The position numbers were made by a program, and so were the translations under genes. A stretch of DNA of 17,014 nt from Candidatus Acetothermia bacterium (GTDB taxonomy: Bacteria; Bipolaricaulota; Bipolaricaulia; M55B111): the NCBI GenBank assembly GCA_046543235.1, contig JBKGZT010000027.1, forward strand, positions 1 to 17,014, read 5' to 3'. Every line of letters starts with the position of its first letter. The first letter of the stretch is position 1. The notes under the pieces are model-generated. The model searched no databases and was not told the DNA's origin. It was given only the letters and a program-made list of their open reading frames with translations. Positions 1-6,993 of this stretch are shown one piece after another.

Positions 1-107
1 CATTATTGATATGACCTCGCTTGCCCGATATATTTACGTTACAGAGCTTGTATGACCGGGAAAGATGACGAGTATGGTTCGAGTTATTAGACGATCAGGG
101 GGTAAAA

Positions 108-593
108 ATGACAAATATTCCATTTTCTGCCGAAGAAACGTTGAAGATCGCCATCCAAATCGAAGAAAACGGCCGGGAGTTTTACGAGGGAATGTTAGAA
201 GAAACCGAAGATGACGATATAAACGAGATCTTTAGTGATCTCGCGAATCAGGAAGTAAAGCACAAGAAGACCTTCCAGGAAATGCTGGGGGAGGTAGAGG
301 AGGAAGAAGGGCCTGATTTAAACTCCTTGCTGTATGGAGAACTCGAGGATAGCTATCTCGGTGCGCTGGCGGATTCAAAGGTCTTTACGCCTGCCAACAG
401 GAATATAGACGAAGCAAAACATGTCGATAGCAGGGATGAACTTTTGAGCATCGCGATTTCCCTCGAAAAAGATACGATCCTTTACTATTACGAGATTCTC
501 CAGAAGGCCAAAAACTCCGACGACCAGGATATAATCATGGACGTGATCGAGGAGGAGAAGTCCCATGTAAAACGGCTCGCCGGCCTGCTATGA
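108..593 (+). CDS. Ferritin-like / rubrerythrin-family diiron protein (no rubredoxin domain)
   Basis: 161 aa with paired diiron-ligand pattern IEENGREFY...EVKH and LEKDTILYY...EEKSH; SD-like AGGGGGT at 97-103; very acidic composition. Confidence 0.85.
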   Translation: MTNIPFSAEETLKIAIQIEENGREFYEGMLEETEDDDINEIFSDLANQEVKHKKTFQEMLGEVEEEEGPDLNSLLYGELEDSYLGALADSKVFTPANRNIDEAKHVDSRDELLSIAISLEKDTILYYYEILQKAKNSDDQDIIMDVIEEEKSHVKRLAGLL

Positions 594-763
594 TACCCTG
601 CATGGTTCAGATAGGCCCCTGGAATAAGTTTCTCTGCGGGGAACCTCGTGTCCAGCTAACATGGATCACCACCAGGGAGAACAAAAGTAACTGATATTCT
701 CGACAGCCCTCCTCGAGTTTTGGGAGCAGTACCACCTATCATTCTAGAATAGGAGGTGGTATC

Positions 764-1279
764 TTGGCCGGAGCTTCGTGGAGAACGGGGTTAGTCGTTA
801 TATTTTTGCTGTTTTCTCTTATTTTGCCCGGCTATGCCCAGGACGGGGCCGAAGAGGAGAGACTCAGAGAAGATATTGAGGCTAACAGGGACGCGATCGA
901 AACGATGAAAGAAAACCAGGAATCCCTGCAGGAGTCTTTTTCCGCCATGGAAGAAATGACTAGCAACCTGGAAAATCGGGTTAAGGGGATCGTCGACGAG
1001 CTGGCCACCCTGAAACAGGGCGCCTCCGAGGAAGATGACGGGTTTAACGAGCTGGAAAAGAGTTACCGTTCGCTCGAAGGCGAAATAAGCAACGTCAACG
1101 GGGAGATGGACGAAATAAAATCCACTCTGACTAAGGTCAGGGAGAAGACGATTGACAACGAGAAGACGCTGGCCGAACTGGAGGAGACTTACAGGGAGTC
1201 GGCGAGAAGGAACTTGCTGGTAGCAGCCAGCGGAATAGTAATTGGCCTTGCCGGTTTAACTCTTTTCTGGGCTTCTTAA
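764..1279 (+). CDS. Hypothetical exported coiled-coil protein with C-terminal membrane anchor
   Basis: TTG start after strong SD AGGAGGTG (751-758); N-terminal hydrophobic signal ending PGYA-Q; about 120 aa acidic heptad region; C-terminal hydrophobic helix LLVAASGIVIGLAGLTLFW. Confidence 0.75.
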   Translation: MAGASWRTGLVVIFLLFSLILPGYAQDGAEEERLREDIEANRDAIETMKENQESLQESFSAMEEMTSNLENRVKGIVDELATLKQGASEEDDGFNELEKSYRSLEGEISNVNGEMDEIKSTLTKVREKTIDNEKTLAELEETYRESARRNLLVAASGIVIGLAGLTLFWAS

Positions 1280-1383
1280 CCGTTTATCAGCGCTGAAGTT
1301 GATTTCCCGTCGATTTGACTTTCTCCTGATGGTCGATAGTTATTTCGAGGTAATTAAAATATTCTTTTCCGTCCACGCCAGTT

Positions 1384-3912
1384 ATGTCCGTTATAAATAG
1401 CTTGGAGCTTCAGGGTTTCAAATCGTTTAAGAAGAAGACGGTTATTCCATTTCAGAAGAGCGGTCTCACGGCGATTATAGGGGAGAACGGCTCAGGAAAG
1501 TCCAACATAGTAGACGGCCTGACCTTCGTAATGGGGCAGCGCTCGTCGAAGTTGCGTGCCAACCGGCTGAGCCAGTTGATTTACAACGGCGGGGAGTCAG
1601 GAAAACCCGCTGATAGCGCGGCCGTGAAAGTCAACCTGGACAACACCGACAACCGATTTACGGACGCCGTCAAAGAACACCTGGAGAACGGCCGGGAGCC
1701 GGACGAGATAACCATCGGTCGGAAAGTGACGCGGAACTCCTCTTCCTACAAGTTTATGGGGAAAAACTGCAAGAGATCAGTCATTGACGACGTGTTGGAC
1801 GAAGCCAACATGGATCCCAGTCGGCATCACATCGTCAATCAGGGAAAGATAACGGAAATAGTGAATATGAGCTCAACGAAAAGGCGGGAAATAATTGACC
1901 GCCTGGCCGGGATCAGCGAATACGACGAGAGAAAGAAGCAGGCCATAAGGGATCTGAGGGATGTCAAGGAAAAGTTGATGACGAACCGGGTCATCCTGGG
2001 TGAAAGGAGAACCCAGCTGAACAGGCTGGAGAAAGAGCGGAACGCCGCACTGGATTACCGGGAGAAAGAAGAAGAGCTTGAGCTTGTCGAGAAGTCCATC
2101 GATAACAAAAAATTCAAGAACAAACAGGAAGAACTGAAAAAGTTCCAGGACAAGGAGGAGAGAATAAAGGAGAAGCTCTCTACTCTGGAGAAGAACCTCG
2201 AGAAAGCCGACAAGGAAGCGGAAGAGAAAGAGAAGAAGCTGAAAGAATTAAAAGAGGAACGGGAGGGCGACGAGGAGAAAGAGCTTTCCGGAGAAGTGGA
2301 GCAGTTAAAGATGGATCTCGTTGCAAAGAGAGGGGACGTCCGTTCCAAGGAGAAGGAAATTAAAAACCTCGAGGATTCCGTGAGGGAGCTGAAAGACCTC
2401 AAGAGCCGTACCAGCACGAAATCCACGAGGAAGAAGAGATCGGTCAAGGCTCTGCTTGATAGCGGAAGGAGCGGCATATACGGCACGATCCAGGGCTTAA
2501 TGGAGGTCGAACCCGACTACCAGGTTGCGCTGGAGACGACTATCGGGGGACACCTGCAGGATCTGGTCGTGGATTCCCGTTCTACGGCAATAGATTCCGT
2601 TAACTACCTGAAGGATAACAACCTGGGCAGGGCTAGGTTCCTGCCGCTGAGGGATATTTCCGGTTCGAGGATGAGCCAGGCGTCGAAGAAAGCGGCCAAG
2701 TTGCCCGGCGTGATTGATTATGCCATCGAACTCGTCGACTTCGATTCAAAATACCGGCGTGCATTTGAATACGTATGTCGGGATACTCTGATCGCGGAGA
2801 ACCTGGAATCCGTCGAGGAGGCGGAAAACGTTCGAGTCGTAACTCTTGATGGCGACGTCCTTAGTCGGGGAGGAGCAGTATCGGGTGGTACTGCAAAGAA
2901 AAAGAAAAGCAGCTCGACGAACGACAGGAAGAAGGAACTGGACAAGAAGATAGAAAAGAAGAAGGAAAACATCCAGCGCCTGAAACGTGAGGTTGAACAG
3001 GGCCGAAACGAGCTCGAAGAACTGAAAAAGGAGCTCGAGAAAAAGGAAAATCAGCTCGACGAAAGGACGAAGACGGACGAGGAGCTGAAGGAGCGGGCGG
3101 AAAAACTCCAGTCCGAGCTGGCTGAACTAAAAACAAGGCAGAAAGAACTGTATCGTAAGACGGAGAGGCAGAGGAGAAAAAAAGACAACGTAGAAAAGGA
3201 CCTGCAGGGAGTCAAACGGGACCTGAAGAACCTGGAAGAGCCGGACCAGAATACCGACTTCCTGGACGAGCCCCTGAAGGAGCTCATTACGAAAAAGCGT
3301 AACCTGAAAAGGGAGCTCGAGCGTCTGGAGCCGGTCAACATGAAGGCGATAGACGAGTACAAAAAGTTCAAAGAAGAAGTGGACGAGCTCGAGAACAAGC
3401 TGAACGACCTCCGCGGTGAGAAGCGGGAAGTGGAAAGACTTATCGGGAAAATAGAGAGGGAAAAGAAGGAAAAGTTCTATTCGACCATGGACGAGCTTTC
3501 CGAACATTTCGAGGAAATCTTCCGAAAACTCTTCGAGGGCGGTGAGGCTCATCTCGAGCTGAGTCGGGAGGGTGATATCGAATCCGGTCTGTTGATAAAA
3601 GCCCATCCTCCCGGGAAGGAGTTGATAGTTCTGGATTCGCTCTCCGGCGGGGAGAAGACACTTACGGCGATTGCGTTCATATTTGCACTGCAGGAGATGA
3701 ATCCGGCCCCCGTCTACGTAATGGATGAAATAGACGCCGCCCTGGACCAGCGACGTTCCAGAAAGGTAGCCGATTTACTCGAGGAATACGCAGAGGACGC
3801 ACAGCTGATTCTCATATCACATAACCGGGAGACGGCAAAACACGCCGACGAGGTATTTGGGATTTCGATGCAGAACGGTCAGTCCGAGGTTCTGTCGATA
3901 GAGTTGAACTAG
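1384..3912 (+). CDS. smc: Chromosome segregation ATPase SMC (short-armed, 842 aa)
   Basis: N-terminal GFKSF, Walker A GENGSGKS, Q-loop VNQG, hinge (GIYG...LGRARFLPL...GDVLSRGGAVSGG = GX6GX3GG), signature LSGGEK, Walker B/D-loop VMDEIDAALD, H-loop ISH; followed by scpA and scpB. Confidence 0.95.
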   Translation: MSVINSLELQGFKSFKKKTVIPFQKSGLTAIIGENGSGKSNIVDGLTFVMGQRSSKLRANRLSQLIYNGGESGKPADSAAVKVNLDNTDNRFTDAVKEHLENGREPDEITIGRKVTRNSSSYKFMGKNCKRSVIDDVLDEANMDPSRHHIVNQGKITEIVNMSSTKRREIIDRLAGISEYDERKKQAIRDLRDVKEKLMTNRVILGERRTQLNRLEKERNAALDYREKEEELELVEKSIDNKKFKNKQEELKKFQDKEERIKEKLSTLEKNLEKADKEAEEKEKKLKELKEEREGDEEKELSGEVEQLKMDLVAKRGDVRSKEKEIKNLEDSVRELKDLKSRTSTKSTRKKRSVKALLDSGRSGIYGTIQGLMEVEPDYQVALETTIGGHLQDLVVDSRSTAIDSVNYLKDNNLGRARFLPLRDISGSRMSQASKKAAKLPGVIDYAIELVDFDSKYRRAFEYVCRDTLIAENLESVEEAENVRVVTLDGDVLSRGGAVSGGTAKKKKSSSTNDRKKELDKKIEKKKENIQRLKREVEQGRNELEELKKELEKKENQLDERTKTDEELKERAEKLQSELAELKTRQKELYRKTERQRRKKDNVEKDLQGVKRDLKNLEEPDQNTDFLDEPLKELITKKRNLKRELERLEPVNMKAIDEYKKFKEEVDELENKLNDLRGEKREVERLIGKIEREKKEKFYSTMDELSEHFEEIFRKLFEGGEAHLELSREGDIESGLLIKAHPPGKELIVLDSLSGGEKTLTAIAFIFALQEMNPAPVYVMDEIDAALDQRRSRKVADLLEEYAEDAQLILISHNRETAKHADEVFGISMQNGQSEVLSIELN

Positions 3913-3921
3913 AGGAGACTT

Positions 3922-4692
3922 ATGGAAGATTATCCACGGGAAGTCCAGGAGTTTGAAGAGGGCAGTAAACCGGTAGTCTCATCCGAAGTCCTAAGTTCGC
4001 CCGATTGGAGAAACGTCCTCGAATGGTACGAGTACAGCGGTGATCCGTGGGAAGTATCGGTTCGCGACACCGCCCGGGGCTTCCGACAGGAACTGGAACG
4101 GATGGAGGGTGACAACCTGGAGCTTTCCGGGAGGATGGTTTTAACCTGTGCGGTAATCCTCCGGGCAAAAGCAGAAGGTTTGTCCGCCGAAGGGAGCTCG
4201 GTCGAGGAAGAAGAAGCGGAAGAGGGGCTCGGAGACGGTTACTGGGGTTACGAGGAGTTCGATTCCGAGAACTACATTCCCGACCTAGAGGTCCCGCTCA
4301 AGCGAATTCAGCAGAGGACGGTTTCTCGAAACGAATTGAGCGAGGCCTTTTCCAGCGCTATCGAAGTTCACGAAAGGAGAAAAGAAAGGCGGGAGAACGT
4401 AGAAGGGGACGTAAGTCCGGACTGGGGTATGGACCTGGAGGACCAGGGGAGCTTCAGGGTAAAGTTACAGAGGCTCTATCGGAAGGTAAAGAACAAACTC
4501 TCGCAGGGGAAACGTGTCCTGTTCTCTCGTTTGTTGAGTGAAAATTCCAGGGAGGAGAAGTTCCAGAAGTTCATGGAGTTGCTCCACTTGCAGTCGGAGG
4601 GGAAGATCAAATGCAAACAGGAGAAACCCTTCTCAGAGATAAAGGTGGAGCTAGCCGAAGAAGGGGGCGCCACGGGGCGAGAAGATGAGTGA
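3922..4692 (+). CDS. scpA: Kleisin ScpA (segregation and condensation protein A), archaeal-like
   Basis: N-terminal DPWEVSV...SGRMVLTCAVILRAKAE and C-terminal winged-helix motif FMELLHLQSEGKIKCKQEKPFSEI; SD GAGGAG at 3912-3917; directly follows smc. Confidence 0.88.
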   Translation: MEDYPREVQEFEEGSKPVVSSEVLSSPDWRNVLEWYEYSGDPWEVSVRDTARGFRQELERMEGDNLELSGRMVLTCAVILRAKAEGLSAEGSSVEEEEAEEGLGDGYWGYEEFDSENYIPDLEVPLKRIQQRTVSRNELSEAFSSAIEVHERRKERRENVEGDVSPDWGMDLEDQGSFRVKLQRLYRKVKNKLSQGKRVLFSRLLSENSREEKFQKFMELLHLQSEGKIKCKQEKPFSEIKVELAEEGGATGREDE

Positions 4693-5227
4693 GGGTCGGG
4701 AAAAAAGAGGCGGGGGAGGTCAGGTCGGTCCCAAGGCAACGATCGAAGCGGCCCTTTTCCTTTCCAGCGAACCGGTTTCCAAGGTAGAGTTGCTCGATTT
4801 AACCGGATTGAACGGGGACCAGCTGGGTCGAGTGCTGGATGATCTAAAAAAGGACCTCGAGGGAAACGACCGTGGACTGGAGCTATTCGAAAACAAAGAT
4901 ACTTACCGGTTCAGGGTAAAGAGAGAACTGCTGGACAGGGTCAAACACCTCGCCCCCCACCAGGACATGTCACGCGGCGTTCTGCGGACCCTGTCCGTCA
5001 TAGCTTACAACAGCCCCGTTTTACAGAAAGAAGTCGTGGATATAAGGGGTAACGGCGCCTACGACCACATCGACAAGCTGCAGGAACGAAACTTCGTCAA
5101 ATCGGAGCAGGAAGGACGGACGAAACTCCTCTCCGTAACCCAGCACTTCCTCAATTACTTCGAGCTCGAAAGCCTCGAAGAACTGAGACGGGAGGGGAAC
5201 GAGCCGGAGGAATTCTCCTCTAGTTGA
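4685..5227 (+). CDS. scpB: Kite subunit ScpB
   Basis: IEAALFLSSEPVS and LRTLSVIAYNSPV...IRG...GRTKLLSVTQHFLNYFEL motifs of ScpB; 8-nt overlap with scpA stop (ATGAGTGA). Confidence 0.93.
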   Translation: MSEGREKRGGGGQVGPKATIEAALFLSSEPVSKVELLDLTGLNGDQLGRVLDDLKKDLEGNDRGLELFENKDTYRFRVKRELLDRVKHLAPHQDMSRGVLRTLSVIAYNSPVLQKEVVDIRGNGAYDHIDKLQERNFVKSEQEGRTKLLSVTQHFLNYFELESLEELRREGNEPEEFSSS

Positions 5228-6464
5228 ACTTTTCCAGGTATTCCTGCTGCTCCGGACTCAAATCGTCTATCTCGACGCCCATGCTCCTCAGCTTCATTTT
5301 CGCGACTCTGTTGTCGACCTCTTCCGGGACCGAATAGAGTTGGTCCTGCAGCCCGTCCGTCTTAACTACGTGCTCGGCCGTCAGGGTCTGGAGGGCGAAG
5401 CTTATGTCCATGATTTCCGCCGGGTGTCCGTCCCCTGCAGCTAGGTTAACTAGCCGTCCCTGGGCGAGCAGGAAGAGTTCGCGGCCGTCCTTCGTTTCGA
5501 AACGTTCCACGTTCTCCCGGACCTCCTCCCGGCTCGTCGAGAGGTCCTCGAGCGCGTCCAGGTCTATTTCGACGTCAAAATGACCCGCGTTAGCGAGTAC
5601 TGCCTTGTCCTTCATCTTCGCGAGGGCCCGTCTCGGTATCACTTTTATGTTTCCGGTTGCCGTGACGAAGAAGTCGCCCAGTGGAGCAGCTTCCTCTATG
5701 TTCATAATCCGGTGGCCGTCCATTTTGGCCTCGAGTGCCTTGACCGGGTCCACTTCGACTACTATGACGTCCGCCCCCATTCCGTCCGCGATTTTTGCGA
5801 TTCCTCTTCCGCACCAGCCGTAACCCACCACGACCGCAGTGCTACCGGCCACTGTGAGGTTGGTCGTCCGCGTGATTGCGTCCCAGGTCGACTGACCCGT
5901 CCCGTACCTGTTGTCGAACAGGTATTTCATCCGGGCGTCGTTTACGGCAAACATCGGGAAGTTCAGTCTGTCTTCCCGGTCGAGAGCTTTGAGCCTGTGA
6001 ATGCCGGTGGTGGTTTCCTCTGCTCCCCCAATAATTCCACTGCTGAGCTCTTCCAGCGGCCCATGGAGTTGTTTTACCAGGTCGCCGCCGTCGTCTATAA
6101 TCAGGTCGGGCTCGTTTCCCAGGACCTGTTCCAGTTGTTTCTCGTACTCCTCTTCGCTTACTCCCCAGCGGGAGAAGACGGTTACACCCTCGTGTTCGTT
6201 CAGGGCGGCAGCCACGTCGTCCTGGGTGGACAGTGGGTTGCTGCTCGTTATGTAAACCTCTCCGCCCGCTTCCGCCAGCGCAATCGCCAGCCGAGCAGTC
6301 TTCGCTTCCAGGTGAATGCTGACACCGATTTTGTGATCGGCAAAAGGTTTCTCCCTCGATAGTTCGTCTTCGATCTCTGCCATTACAGGCATGTGGGATT
6401 TTACCCAGTCTATCTTCTCCTTCCCGCGAGGAGCAAGGCTCGCGTCCGCTATGTTACCTTTCAT
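5220..6464 (-). CDS. ahcY: Adenosylhomocysteinase (SAH hydrolase), short form
   Basis: HLEAKT, SNPLSTQD, DDGGD, EETTTG, KYLFDNRYGTGQS, NAD-binding GYGWCGRG, NAGHFD, GRLVNL..GHP; SD AGGAGGT (complement of 6469-6475). Confidence 0.96.
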   Translation of the reverse strand: MKGNIADASLAPRGKEKIDWVKSHMPVMAEIEDELSREKPFADHKIGVSIHLEAKTARLAIALAEAGGEVYITSSNPLSTQDDVAAALNEHEGVTVFSRWGVSEEEYEKQLEQVLGNEPDLIIDDGGDLVKQLHGPLEELSSGIIGGAEETTTGIHRLKALDREDRLNFPMFAVNDARMKYLFDNRYGTGQSTWDAITRTTNLTVAGSTAVVVGYGWCGRGIAKIADGMGADVIVVEVDPVKALEAKMDGHRIMNIEEAAPLGDFFVTATGNIKVIPRRALAKMKDKAVLANAGHFDVEIDLDALEDLSTSREEVRENVERFETKDGRELFLLAQGRLVNLAAGDGHPAEIMDISFALQTLTAEHVVKTDGLQDQLYSVPEEVDNRVAKMKLRSMGVEIDDLSPEQQEYLEKFN

Positions 6465-6604
6465 AAAAACCTCCTGAAGTAGTTTAATTTAAAGAGGTCC
6501 GGTATTTGGTAGCGACGAAAAAGTCGCTTCCACCAGCAAACAAAAACCCTCGTCGTAATCGTAAAACTATCCCCAGCCGAAGTCGGGCAAGACTCTTTTT
6601 ACCA

Positions 6605-6613
6605 ATTTTATCA
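6605..6613 (-). promoter_or_regulatory. Putative extended -10 promoter for ahcY (TGATAAAAT)
   Basis: Minus strand reads TG-A-TAAAAT about 140 nt upstream of the ahcY start; no good -35 seen. Confidence 0.4.
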
Positions 6614-6848
6614 AACAAGAACTGGAACCCCAGGCCAGATGGAGGAGACCCACACCTGTTTGTAAATAAGTACTATAGGCAACACCAAAGCTTTATCTGG
6701 CTTGTGGGTACCGCTCGATTTACCTCTAATTAAACCCAAAATACCATGAGTAATCAACAGATTCACGAAAACCGGTAAGTTTCGACGATTCCTGCGAACA
6801 ACCTGTAGGCCGAAAAGGACAAAAAAGCTGCTTTCTTGGAAATTTATT

Positions 6849-6876
6849 TTGACTATCAGGTTTCATTGTTTAATAT
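6849..6876 (+). promoter_or_regulatory. Putative sigma-70 promoter for the sigma factor gene
   Basis: TTGACT (6849-6854), 16-nt spacer, TAATAT (6871-6876); AT-rich upstream tract. Confidence 0.5.
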
Positions 6877-6993
6877 TAGATGAAATCCTACAAATGGGGG
6901 CTGGGAGCTGGAGTAAAACGTTCTACTTTGATCGTTCTCGATTAAACGACGTTGTAGTCGCCTTTTTCCGGACTCGGCCTCAAGGAGGCAAGC

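Noticed and set aside
1315-1360. Internal promoter for smc (TTGACT at 1315, TAAAAT at 1355)
   Set aside because: The two hexamers are 34 nt apart, and neither has a convincing partner at 16-18 nt
2055-3661. Several minus-strand Ser/Phe/Leu-rich ORFs inside smc
   Set aside because: Antisense shadows of Glu/Lys-rich coiled-coil codons; no motifs
1384-5227. Wadjet/MksBEFG or Rad50/SbcC interpretation of the short SMC
   Set aside because: It has a canonical Smc hinge with no Zn-hook CXXC, true ScpA/ScpB partners, and no JetD/MksG or Mre11/SbcD nuclease in the operon
5580-6362. 260-aa plus-strand ORF
   Set aside because: Entirely antisense to well-supported ahcY, with no recognisable domain; the same applies to 7174-7818, 7963-8490, 10404-11021 and 15442-15891
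6425-6444. CGCGAGGAGCAAGGCTCGCG resembles SAH-riboswitch P1 (GAGGAGCG...AGGCUC)
   Set aside because: It lies inside the ahcY coding region on the antisense strand and lacks the rest of the aptamer
6506-6733. 75-aa plus-strand ORF in the ahcY/sigma spacer
   Set aside because: TTG start, basic low-complexity composition unlike neighbouring genes, and overlaps predicted promoter and RNA structures
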